Made by a program: the position numbers and the translations under genes. Positions 1 through 12,794 of a stretch of DNA of 64,000 bases are shown piece by piece. The DNA is from Myxococcales bacterium. Lineage in GTDB: Bacteria > Myxococcota_A > Polyangia > Polyangiales > Polyangiaceae. Location: assembly GCA_043747615.1 (NCBI GenBank), contig JAYTOU010000057.1, forward strand, positions 1 to 64,000, given 5' to 3'. Position 1 is the first letter of the stretch; each line of letters starts with the position of its first letter. The notes below the pieces were generated by a model that saw only the letters and a program-made list of their open reading frames with translations, ran no database searches and was not told where the DNA came from.

Positions 1-74
1 GTGGAGCCGAGGGGGATCGAACCCCTGACCTCATGCATGCCATGCATGCGCTCTCCCAGCTGAGCTACGGCCCC
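1..74 (-). tRNA. tRNA-Ala(GGC); 3' CCA end cut by the window edge
   Basis: Reverse complement reads GGGGCCGTAGCTCAGCTGGGAGAGCGCATGCATGGCATGCATGAGGTCAGGGGTTCGATCCCCCTCGGCTCCAC. It forms a cloverleaf with the G3:U70 Ala identity pair, anticodon loop ATGGCAT and T-loop GTTCGAT. Confidence 0.97.
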
Positions 75-182
75 GAAATCGCTCGCCTGTCTACTGCGCC
101 AGCGCGGCCATGTCTAGGCCGCGTGATGTTTATCGCGCGGACACGGTCTTTCGACGGCTGCTCGACGTGCGTTTCGTACGTG

Positions 183-1139
183 TCAGCGCCGCTGCGGACC
201 GCGGGGTGGCGGCGCGGGCGCGGGCGGGACGGCGTTCGGTTGCGTGTCAAATGCCGGGCGCACCACGCCGCCGCCGGAAGGAGGGAGGGGCGCGGGCGCG
301 GGGAGTCCGCCGGCAGCGGGCCCGTTGGCGATGAAGGCTTGGGCGGTCGTCATCCGGCGCCCTTTGACCATGGCCAGGCGGTCGGGGTCGCTGAGGACGT
401 CGGCGGAGATGTCGGGGATGCGATCAGCAGTCCGGAGGTCATCTGGATGGCGGAGCGCCACCGCGATTCTCCCTCGTTCACCAGCAAGCGAGAGGAGCTG
501 CGCCTCGGGCGTCGTCAGGCTGAGTGTGAGGAGCATCGCCCGTTCCTGGCCGGGCTCATTTGCTTTTGCTTTGGCCGACGCGGGGACGGAGTCGGTCGAG
601 GTGTCCATTCCGCAGGCCAGGACGAGCACGCGCTGAAAGAGCACCACGGAACCGTACGTGAACGTCGACGAGTAAGCGTCGCCCATCGGCAGGACCGAGA
701 TGAGGTCAACGTAATCCCCCGGTTTCATGAGGGCGATGCTCGTCTCCGTCTTGTTCAGGAGCACGGAAATGGCACGATTTCCAGGCTGAATCAGGGAGCT
801 GAGATCCCGGCGATCCTCGGCCGAGGTCGCCACGTCGCTCCACATGAGTGTCTGCTTTTCCTGAATGTCGTTGTTCGCCGGAAAGCCCAAGACCTTCGTT
901 CGCTCAGCATCTTTGATCGCTCGGTCTTCGACGTATGCCTGCGGCACTTCGCGAGTCGTAATCATCGTGTCGACGATCGGCTTGCCGCGCTCGATCGGCC
1001 GGGATGCGACAAGGACGAGGATCTTCTCTCCTCCCGCTGCCTCCGCCGTGTAGAGGCTCTGGAAGAGCAGTAGCGACACGATCCCAAGGACGATGAGGAG
1101 GAGCGAGGCAACGAGGTTTCGCCGGTTCATGGGGACCAC
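183..1139 (-). CDS. cpaB: Flp/Tad pilus assembly protein CpaB (RcpC family)
   Basis: N-terminal TM, SAF-like segment (VLVASRPIERG), then PGNRAISV / PGDYVDLI / VLFQRVLVLA / LTLSLTTPEAQLL..GRIAVALR, and a Pro-rich tail. Confidence 0.85.
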   Translation of the reverse strand: MVPMNRRNLVASLLLIVLGIVSLLLFQSLYTAEAAGGEKILVLVASRPIERGKPIVDTMITTREVPQAYVEDRAIKDAERTKVLGFPANNDIQEKQTLMWSDVATSAEDRRDLSSLIQPGNRAISVLLNKTETSIALMKPGDYVDLISVLPMGDAYSSTFTYGSVVLFQRVLVLACGMDTSTDSVPASAKAKANEPGQERAMLLTLSLTTPEAQLLSLAGERGRIAVALRHPDDLRTADRIPDISADVLSDPDRLAMVKGRRMTTAQAFIANGPAAGGLPAPAPLPPSGGGVVRPAFDTQPNAVPPAPAPPPRGPQRR

Positions 1140-1271
1140 GGCAGGTTACCCGCTTTTCCCTGCCGGAAGAAGCTCCTCCTGAACGCTGGGTCACCTGGTG
1201 ATTACCCCGCACCCGTCATGCCTTCGCCTCGGCCAAAACGAAGTCGCTCTTGACTGGCAACCGTAGGCCGC

Positions 1272-2450
1272 TCAGGCGCGGTGAATGTTTAGGAGGCTCT
1301 CTTCGCCGGGGACGCCGACGCGGAGGGGGAAGCCGTAGTGGCCGGTTCCGCGGTGCACGTACATGCGGTCGGTGCCTCGCGCCCAAAAGCCGTGGTCGGG
1401 AAACGACGAAGCAAAGGCGCTGATGAACGTCCAGTCGAGGCCCAAGCTCAGGAGGCCGACCTGCCCGCCGTGGGTGTGCCCCGACAAGACGAGATCCCCT
1501 TCGCCTGCTCGCAGGTGCTTGAACGCGCCGGGATCGTGAAGCAGCACGACGCGCAGAGCCCCCTCTTTTCGAGGAAAGCGATCGCACACCTTCGCCATCT
1601 TCGCCGCTCGATCACTCCGCGAAAAATCCATCCCCACGATCTGCACTGGGCCCGCGTCCGTGTCGATCTCCGTGGCGTCGTCGACGAGGAGCATCACGTT
1701 CGCCGACGCGAGACCCGAGGCCACCGTCGCCGGCGCTTCGTGATCATGATTGCCGTGGCAGGCGAAGACTCGACCAGACATGGCACGAAGCGGAGCGAGC
1801 GCGTCCTGCAGCGGGGCGGGATCGGACTGGGTTTCCATCGTGAGAAAATCGCCGGTGAGGAAAATCAGATCGGGCTTTCGATCGACGGCCCGCTGGCAGA
1901 TGCGCCGGAGACGATCGACGGACATGAAAGGCCCCAGGTGCGGGTCGCTGATCTGCACGATCCGCAGGGGCCGCGTCTGCCGAGGACCACCGCGGGGATG
2001 CCGCTGCAGACCGGCAACGCTCTCGTTTGAAAGGGCGATGTCTATCTCTTCCTCCGCCGTGCGCAGCGACTGCACGACGCCCGCAAGCGCGACGACATAC
2101 GGAAGCCACGCCGCCCACGGGTGAAATCCGAACGCCGAGCCGAGCGCCCAGGGGAGCGACATGAGCGTGCCGGCCGCGAAGAACGACGCAGGGATGCTCA
2201 CGAGAACGCGGTACGCGAGCGGCCTCACGCTTGGGCGCGCAAGGAGGAGAAAATGCAGGTACACGACGCCCTGAAAGTACGCCCACACCGGCCAGGCATA
2301 TGCGAACGAGGGAAAAAGCTCGACCGCGATGAGCGTGTGGATCGTCAGGAGCACGCCGATGAACAGGGCGTAGACGCGGCTGCGAAGAAGCGCGCCACCC
2401 ACGACGGTGGCGCCGAGTCCGGCAAAAGAGGCCATCGTTGCGAGAGTCAC
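1272..2450 (-). CDS. membrane-anchored metallophosphoesterase (YkuE/YaeI-like)
   Basis: N-terminal TM helices plus calcineurin-like motifs SDPH, TGD, GNHD, LLH and SGHTHGGQ. Confidence 0.9.
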   Translation of the reverse strand: MTLATMASFAGLGATVVGGALLRSRVYALFIGVLLTIHTLIAVELFPSFAYAWPVWAYFQGVVYLHFLLLARPSVRPLAYRVLVSIPASFFAAGTLMSLPWALGSAFGFHPWAAWLPYVVALAGVVQSLRTAEEEIDIALSNESVAGLQRHPRGGPRQTRPLRIVQISDPHLGPFMSVDRLRRICQRAVDRKPDLIFLTGDFLTMETQSDPAPLQDALAPLRAMSGRVFACHGNHDHEAPATVASGLASANVMLLVDDATEIDTDAGPVQIVGMDFSRSDRAAKMAKVCDRFPRKEGALRVVLLHDPGAFKHLRAGEGDLVLSGHTHGGQVGLLSLGLDWTFISAFASSFPDHGFWARGTDRMYVHRGTGHYGFPLRVGVPGEESLLNIHRA

Positions 2451-2571
2451 GCAGGTACGCTGCCCCAGGTGGCGGCGTTACGCCAGTCGACCCCGAGTCT
2501 GGGGTGGCGCCTCCTCGATTCTGGAGGGCCAAGATCCAGAGTTGCTGACGGAGCGCGTCGCCCTCTCGCGT

Positions 2572-4335
<1,764 letters not shown>

Positions 4336-4447
4336 CGCTGCTTTTTTTCCTCGTGCTTCCGAGATGCTGCTTGATTGTCCGAGAGTCACTATTCGTGCCG
4401 GTCGCGCCTGGTCCAACGGGCGTTTCCTGGCGTTGGGATCGGCCTCT

Positions 4448-5410
4448 TTACCTTCTTTTCCCTCGCCGCGCCAAGTTAGCTTTTTTAATCTGAAGCGCTG
4501 CCGAAAAAGCAGGTTTTTTTGCGGTCGTCGCGCCCCCACCTCCGGGTGTCCGCGCAAGCCACTGCTCCTCAAGCCAATCGAGCGCGATCGGAACATGTCG
4601 AAGCGTCTGGTCGATCGCAAGGCTGCCACTGCGCTCAACGCCGCGCGGGGTGGCGTAGGCCCTTGCATAGAGGATCCAGTTCGACACTTCGTAGTGATGC
4701 AGGAGGGGCGCAAAACGCTGTTTTTTGAAGGAATCAAGGGCGGAGGCAGCTTCTTTTACGGTGGTGCATGCGAAAAGTGCTCGCGACGCGTCGAATAGTA
4801 ATGAGCGCAAATCTTCGAAAGCGCCGTCGGGATCGGTGGCTACCGATTGGAGAAGCTTGGCGAACCCACAAGAGGATAGCCCTGATGCATTTGCCACTTC
4901 CGCCATGGCTGGCACCTGCGTTCGCAAGAATTCAGAATTTGGCGCATGCCCAATCAGACGACCGAGCAGGTAGACGTCGAAGGCGCTTGCGATGGATTCG
5001 CCTAGGAAGAGGCTCTCTGCGCTGTTTTTTCGCTTCGGGGTGCACTCGGCGAGCGCGCGATTGGTAACGTGGTGCCACGCGGCGTGCATGACGACGTCGG
5101 CGGGGATGTGACGGGACACGAGGACGTCCCCCGGCTGCTCAGGGCTCCAGAAGGTCAGATTCAAGAACAGCGCTCGGTCCCAGCCGCTCGCTTTCGTGGT
5201 CTTTTCACTGAGGACGAAAAATGGCACCTGGTCGCGGATCAGGGCTTCCTTGAGAGCGGCGTAGAGCCCGATATGGCGGTAGGAGCGCTCGTCGTCGATG
5301 GTGAGCTGGTCGAGGGTGAAGGTCTTCAAGCTGCGGCGCTCAACGTAGCAGCGACTTCCGGTAGCGCTTGCATTGTCTGCGGGTCGAGTGATGAGTAAGA
5401 CGCGACACAT
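4448..5410 (-). CDS. conserved hypothetical protein (HAAWHH motif)
   Basis: Globular-looking 320-aa ORF filling the gap between rpoD and hflX. An alternative TTG start lies at 5329. Confidence 0.7.
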   Translation of the reverse strand: MCRVLLITRPADNASATGSRCYVERRSLKTFTLDQLTIDDERSYRHIGLYAALKEALIRDQVPFFVLSEKTTKASGWDRALFLNLTFWSPEQPGDVLVSRHIPADVVMHAAWHHVTNRALAECTPKRKNSAESLFLGESIASAFDVYLLGRLIGHAPNSEFLRTQVPAMAEVANASGLSSCGFAKLLQSVATDPDGAFEDLRSLLFDASRALFACTTVKEAASALDSFKKQRFAPLLHHYEVSNWILYARAYATPRGVERSGSLAIDQTLRHVPIALDWLEEQWLARTPGGGGATTAKKPAFSAALQIKKANLARRGKRR

Positions 5411-5441
5411 TCTTCCGAAGGTCGACTAGACAGAGCGATCC

Positions 5442-6812
5442 ATGCCGATTGAAACGCCTCCGGATCGTCCACTCGCCGTTCTCGTCGCCATCCACCTTCC
5501 CGGCGTGAGTGACAGAGAGCACACCGCGGACCTCGAGGAGCTCGGGCGTCTGGTGCACACGCTCGGCCTCGACGTGATCGCGACCATCACCCAGAAGCGC
5601 GACGGTCTGGCCGCTGCAGCGGTGCTCGGAGAGGGGAAGTTGAAGGAGCTCGCCGATCTCACCGGCGGAAACGGAGTCGTCCCCACCGGCGCGCCGGAAG
5701 TGAAAAACAAGGTGCGCGCGAAGCAGAAAGCGGAAGCCGCCAAAGCCAAAGCGGGGAACGCCGGGGCACCGGAAGAAGAGGACGATGACGTCGACATGAC
5801 CGGCAAGGCCACGGTGGTCGTCGTCGATCACGAGCTATCGCCGAGCCAAATGCGAAACCTCGAGCGAGCGACGGGCGCTAAGGTCCTCGATCGCACCGGG
5901 GTCATCGTCGATATTTTTCATCGCCATGCGCGCAGCCGCGAAGCGAAGCTCCAGGTCGAGATCGCCCGTCTGCACTACGTCGCCCCGCGGATGCGCGAGG
6001 CCGGCGGCGCCGAACGCCAGCACGGAAAAGGATCGGGAGAGTCGGCCCTCGAGCTCGACAAGCGAAAGATTCGCGATCGCATCGCCGAGCTGAAAGAGGA
6101 GCTCGCCAGCATCGCGCGCGATCAGGATCAGCGTCGCTACGCTCGGCGTGACCAGCTCCGAGTCGCGCTCGTCGGATACACGAACGCCGGGAAATCCTCG
6201 CTGATGCGCGCTCTCACGGGCAGCGACGTGCTCGTCGCGGACAAGCTCTTCGCCACCCTCGACACCACCGTGCGCGCGCTTCATCCGGAGACCCGTCCTC
6301 GCATTCTCGTGAGCGACACCGTGGGGTTCATCAAGAAGCTGCCTCACGATCTCGTGGCGTCCTTTCGCTCGACGCTCGACGAGGCGCTCGAGGCCTCGCT
6401 CCTCCTCTACGTGGTCGACGCGTCGGATCCCACGCACGCCGATCAGCTCGAGGTCGCCCGGAGCGTGCTTCGCGACATCGGCGCCGAAGCCGTGCCGAGC
6501 CTGCTCCTCCTGAACAAAGCCGATCGCGTGGATGACGCCGAGCGGAAAAATCTCATGCGCGAATACCCGGACGCGATCGTTCTTTCCGCGAGGGAGCTGG
6601 GCGACGTCGCCAAGCTGCGAGAGTCCATCGTGGCCTTCTTCGAGACCCAGATGGTGGAAGAGGAGATCCTCGTCCCCTATGCAAAGCAAGCGGTCGTCGG
6701 AGCCATTCACGAGGCGGCGCGGGTCATCGCCGAGGACTACGACGAAGGCGGCGCGCGGCTCCGTGTGCGGGGATTACCCGCCGCGATAGCCCGCCTCCGC
6801 AGCCAGCTCTGA
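5442..6812 (+). CDS. hflX: ribosome-splitting GTPase HflX
   Basis: ELSPSQMRNLE, DIFHRHARSREAKLQVE, G1 GYTNAGKSS, FATLDTT, G3 DTVGFI, G4 NKAD. Confidence 0.95.
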   Translation: MPIETPPDRPLAVLVAIHLPGVSDREHTADLEELGRLVHTLGLDVIATITQKRDGLAAAAVLGEGKLKELADLTGGNGVVPTGAPEVKNKVRAKQKAEAAKAKAGNAGAPEEEDDDVDMTGKATVVVVDHELSPSQMRNLERATGAKVLDRTGVIVDIFHRHARSREAKLQVEIARLHYVAPRMREAGGAERQHGKGSGESALELDKRKIRDRIAELKEELASIARDQDQRRYARRDQLRVALVGYTNAGKSSLMRALTGSDVLVADKLFATLDTTVRALHPETRPRILVSDTVGFIKKLPHDLVASFRSTLDEALEASLLLYVVDASDPTHADQLEVARSVLRDIGAEAVPSLLLLNKADRVDDAERKNLMREYPDAIVLSARELGDVAKLRESIVAFFETQMVEEEILVPYAKQAVVGAIHEAARVIAEDYDEGGARLRVRGLPAAIARLRSQL

Positions 6813-6914
6813 CGTGGTGCACACTTCACCACTGAGAATCCCGCTTCACAGGGAAGGGTGATCGCCCCGTCGCGGTCGTCATGCTAATCGGGCGATGACC
6901 CGGGGCTTCGCGGC

Positions 6915-6930
6915 TGGCACGGCCGCTGCA
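6915..6930 (+). promoter_or_regulatory. putative sigma-54 (-24/-12) promoter
   Basis: TGGCACGGCCGCTGCA has GG at 6916-17 and GC at 6928-29, the canonical spacing, and ends 37 bp before ATG 6968. Confidence 0.65.
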
Positions 6931-6967
6931 CTACGCGTCTGCCCGTACCTCGAACCAAAGGTGGAAC

Positions 6968-7957
6968 ATGCGAAGGCTCCTTGAAACCGTGACCGTGATT
7001 GGCTGGGTGTTCCTCGCGCCGAAGAGCGCCCTCGCTGACGACGGCGCAGAGCCACTCCCGGTCAGCCCCGCGCAGACCGCTGTCGTCGCCGTTCCCGTTG
7101 CCACTGCACCGGGAGGTCGTCCCGACGCCGTCTACCTTCGAAGCGGAGGAATGGTTCGCGGGCGCGTTCACGAAATCATCCCCGGTCATCACGTCACCGC
7201 GACCCTCGAAGCGACGGGAGAAGTACGGATCATTCCCTGGGCGGAAATCGATCGCGTCGTCCTTGGCGATGCGACGGCTCTGCCGCCTCCACCTGGCGCC
7301 TCCATCCTCGCATCCAGCGCGCCGTCCGCGCCCGCGCCGATGGCAGGCCCAAGGGCGCACGTTCACATCTCGACGCCGAAGACCGTGCAGCTCTTTCGTC
7401 GCCCGGCGGGGACGACGGGCTGGACCAATGCATGCGCGTCGCCGTGCGACATCGATCTTCCGCTGGGCGACGACTACCGCGTCACGGGCTCGGGAGTCGC
7501 GCAGAGCAAAGAGTTCCGCCTCCAGGGCGCGCCCGGGGAGCGTCTCGAGATCGTCGTCGATCCCACGTCGGCGAGCGGAATGGTCGCGGGCGGGCTCGTC
7601 GCGGGTACCGGCGCGTTCGCGATGTACATCGGCTTTCTCACCACGCTCGTTGGCGTGGCCCAGACGAACCGAAGCTGCAGCTCGTACTACTACAGCACGA
7701 CGTCGCAATGCCTCCGCGACAATCGAGATGGGCCCGCGGTGCGCAACGTCGGCCTCGGCATTCTCCTCGCCGGCACTGCCGCCGCCGTGATCGGTCTCGT
7801 CGTCGTCGTGAACAGCGCAGGCACCGAAGTCACTCAGCACGGCGCTGCGGCTCACGCGCCGAAGGATGCTTTTTTGCGCGAGCCGGTGTGGCGCGGGGTG
7901 GCCACGACGAACGAAGCGGGCACCATGGTGTTTCCGCTGCTGAACCGAAGTTTCTGA
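6968..7957 (+). CDS. hypothetical exported/membrane protein (myxobacterial type)
   Basis: Signal peptide ending ALA-D, a CASPCD motif, two C-terminal hydrophobic helices and the SD-like AAGGTGG. Confidence 0.75.
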   Translation: MRRLLETVTVIGWVFLAPKSALADDGAEPLPVSPAQTAVVAVPVATAPGGRPDAVYLRSGGMVRGRVHEIIPGHHVTATLEATGEVRIIPWAEIDRVVLGDATALPPPPGASILASSAPSAPAPMAGPRAHVHISTPKTVQLFRRPAGTTGWTNACASPCDIDLPLGDDYRVTGSGVAQSKEFRLQGAPGERLEIVVDPTSASGMVAGGLVAGTGAFAMYIGFLTTLVGVAQTNRSCSSYYYSTTSQCLRDNRDGPAVRNVGLGILLAGTAAAVIGLVVVVNSAGTEVTQHGAAAHAPKDAFLREPVWRGVATTNEAGTMVFPLLNRSF

Positions 7958-7991
7958 CTTCTCGATCGCGTCGTTGTCGTACCCTTTGGCC

Positions 7992-9608
7992 ATGTTGAAC
8001 GGCCGAATGATGGACTTTCCGCTCACGCTGACGCATCTCCTCGATCGCGCAAACACCCTATTTCCAAAGGGCGAAATCGTATCTCGGAAGGTCGACGGCT
8101 CCGTTCATCGCTGCACGTACGCCGAGTTTCACAAGCGCACGTGCAAGGTCGCCGGCGCCCTCGCGCGCCTCGGCGTGAAGCCCGGCGATCGCGTTGCGAC
8201 GCTCGCCTGGAACCACTCACGGCATCTCGAGGTCTACTTCGCCGTACCGACTTCGGGCGCCGTCCTTCACACGTTGAACCTCCGTCTTCACCCGAGTGAT
8301 CTTGCGTACATCGCGCGGCACGCCGAGGACAAAGTGGTCTTCGTCGACGAGTCGCTCCTCCCGCTCTTGCGGCAATTTCTGGCGCAAGTGCCGTCGATCG
8401 AGCACGTCATCGTGATGAGAGACGGCGCGCCCTCGGGCGAGTTCCTCGACTACGAGACGCTGATCGCTCCGGAGAACGAAACGTTTTCCTTTCCGCGCCT
8501 CGACGAGAGCTCCGCCGCCGTCCTCTGCTACACGTCGGGCACCACCGGCCATCCGAAGGGCGTCCTCTTTAGTCACCGCTCGACCGTCCTCCACACGCTC
8601 GTCACCTGCATGGCGGACACCGTCGCGGTCTCGGAGTCAGACTCCATTCTCGCGGTGGTGCCCATGTTCCACGTGAACGCGTGGGGGCTTCCTTTTTCCT
8701 GTATTTGCACGGGCGCGACGATCGTCCTTCCGGGCCCGAAGCTCGATCCAAAATCGCTCCTCGACCTCATGGCGAGTGAGAAAGTGACGGTCGCTGCCGG
8801 CGTGCCAACGATCTGGCTCGGCATTCTCACCTTGCTCGATGAGACCCCGAAGGGCTGGGATCTCTCGTCGCTCCGAATGATGCTGATCGGCGGCTCGGCT
8901 GCACCGGTGTCGATGATCGACGGCTTCGCGCAGCGCCATGGTCTCGACATCACGCACGCCTGGGGAATGACCGAGACCAGCCCCATCGGGACGCTTGCGC
9001 GCGTGAAGCGTCACCTGAAAAACGAAGATCCCGCGGTGACACTGGCGCTGAGAGCAAGTCAGGGTTACCCGGTACCGCTCGTCGAGCAGCGTCATACGAG
9101 CGAGGCGGGAGCTGTTCTTGCGTGGGACGGGACCACGATGGGCGAGCTCGAGGTGCGCGGCCCGTGGGTCGCCGCTTCCTACTACGGCGATCAGGGTCCC
9201 GAGCGCTTCACCGCGGACGGTTGGTTCAAGACCGGAGACGTAGTGACCATCGACCGCGAAGGCTACATGCGCATCTGCGATCGCTCGAAAGACGTCATTA
9301 AATCTGGCGGCGAATGGATCAGCAGCGTCGAGCTGGAGAACGCGCTGATGAGCCACCCCGCGGTGCTCGAGGCCGCCGTCTTCGCCGGTCAGCACCCCAA
9401 GTGGGCCGAGCGTCCGATCGCCGCTGTGGTTCTGAAGGAGGGAAAAACAGCCACGAAGGAGGAGCTCGCTGCCTACCTCACGCCGCGCTTCGCCTCCTTC
9501 TGGCTGCCCGACGCTTACATCTTCGTCGCCCAGATCCCGCGGACTTCGACCGGAAAATTTCTCAAGTCGAAGCTCCGCGAGATGCACGGCAACATGCTGA
9601 TGCCCTAG
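7992..9608 (+). CDS. medium/long-chain fatty acid-CoA ligase (AlkK/DmdB-like)
   Basis: AMP-binding YTSGTTGHPKG, WGMTET, GWFKTGD, DRSKDVIKSGGEWISS, TSTGKF. Confidence 0.93.
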   Translation: MLNGRMMDFPLTLTHLLDRANTLFPKGEIVSRKVDGSVHRCTYAEFHKRTCKVAGALARLGVKPGDRVATLAWNHSRHLEVYFAVPTSGAVLHTLNLRLHPSDLAYIARHAEDKVVFVDESLLPLLRQFLAQVPSIEHVIVMRDGAPSGEFLDYETLIAPENETFSFPRLDESSAAVLCYTSGTTGHPKGVLFSHRSTVLHTLVTCMADTVAVSESDSILAVVPMFHVNAWGLPFSCICTGATIVLPGPKLDPKSLLDLMASEKVTVAAGVPTIWLGILTLLDETPKGWDLSSLRMMLIGGSAAPVSMIDGFAQRHGLDITHAWGMTETSPIGTLARVKRHLKNEDPAVTLALRASQGYPVPLVEQRHTSEAGAVLAWDGTTMGELEVRGPWVAASYYGDQGPERFTADGWFKTGDVVTIDREGYMRICDRSKDVIKSGGEWISSVELENALMSHPAVLEAAVFAGQHPKWAERPIAAVVLKEGKTATKEELAAYLTPRFASFWLPDAYIFVAQIPRTSTGKFLKSKLREMHGNMLMP

Positions 9609-12011
<2,403 letters not shown>

Positions 12012-12050
12012 GAGCTCTCCTGGCGTCGAAGCGCCGTGCAGGGTGACCAA

Positions 12051-12085
12051 TGAACGAAAGCTAAATCCGTTCACCGTTCCGTCAA
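12051..12085 (-). promoter_or_regulatory. putative sigma-70 promoter of lon overlapped by a dyad operator
   Basis: Minus strand TTGACG-16nt-TAGCTT. The inverted repeat TGAACG-N11-CGTTCA (12051-12073) covers the -10 element. Confidence 0.55.
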
Positions 12086-12134
12086 GCCCGTCACCGGCGT
12101 TGCGACCTCACGAAATCGAGGCGACTTCGGGAGC

Positions 12135-12168
12135 GCCTATTTCGGCTTCTTGCCTATTTCGGCTTCTT
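12135..12168. repeat. perfect 17-bp tandem duplication spanning the tetR stop codon
   Basis: GCCTATTTCGGCTTCTT occurs at 12135-12151 and again at 12152-12168. Confidence 0.95.
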
Positions 12169-12762
12169 GGGTGCGGCCTTGCGGCGGACGAGCCCATTGA
12201 GGACGAGATCGTGCATGCTGCGTAGCATTCGCTCGACGTCCTCGCGCGGGAAAGCGAACACCGAGGGGGGCGAGAAGCTCACGTAGGCGAGCAGGACGGC
12301 CCGCGCGGTGCGTTCGGGTTTGGCAACATCGAACTCGCCGGTGCGCGCTGCCTCGCGAAAAAGCGAAACCAAGAGCGTCTGCTCCTCTTCACGAAATCGC
12401 GCCTCCGCTGCTTTCACTGCCGGACTCACGCAATGAATGAGATCGCGCGCGTGCGCTCCGCCGGCGCACAAACCAAAAAGAGCGTGCACCCGCGCATCGA
12501 GCACGGCCCGCAGGCGATCGGCAAACGCGCCATCGGACTCGGCGGCCTTTCGCATCTGCGCGAGCACCGCCTTGTGCTGCGAGCTCGAGAGGGCCTCGAC
12601 GATCGCTTCCTTGGATTCGAACTCCAGGTACACCGTTCCCACGCCGACGCCCGCCTCGCGCGCGATGTCCGCGATGGTCGTCTTCCCCGGACCGTAGTGA
12701 TTGAGCAGTCGCTCCGCGGCTTCGAGAATTTGGGCGCGTCGCGGTGCTTCGGAGGGGGTCAT
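12154..12762 (-). CDS. TetR/AcrR family transcriptional regulator
   Basis: N-terminal HTH RAQILEAAERLL..TTIADIAREAGVGVGTVYLEFESKEAI. Confidence 0.93.
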   Translation of the reverse strand: MTPSEAPRRAQILEAAERLLNHYGPGKTTIADIAREAGVGVGTVYLEFESKEAIVEALSSSQHKAVLAQMRKAAESDGAFADRLRAVLDARVHALFGLCAGGAHARDLIHCVSPAVKAAEARFREEEQTLLVSLFREAARTGEFDVAKPERTARAVLLAYVSFSPPSVFAFPREDVERMLRSMHDLVLNGLVRRKAAPKKPK

Positions 12763-12767
12763 AGAGT

Positions 12768-12794
12768 CGTGAACGATTATCTCATCAATTCACG
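12768..12794. promoter_or_regulatory. putative TetR operator upstream of tetR
   Basis: CGTGAACG-attatctcatc-AATTCACG has the same half-site and N11 spacing as the dyad before lon. Confidence 0.55.

Noticed and set aside
31..49. CATG/ATGC repeats resembling a microsatellite
   Set aside because: This is the anticodon stem-loop of tRNA-Ala.
4336..4737. N-terminal extension of the rpoD ORF to 721 aa
   Set aside because: It overlaps the upstream gene and has non-sigma composition; ATG 4335 fits better.
7992..9608. CoA ligase as the benzoate-CoA ligase of the box pathway
   Set aside because: Its motifs match AlkK/DmdB-type fatty acyl ligases, it is over 6 kb away, and no box-type operator was seen upstream.
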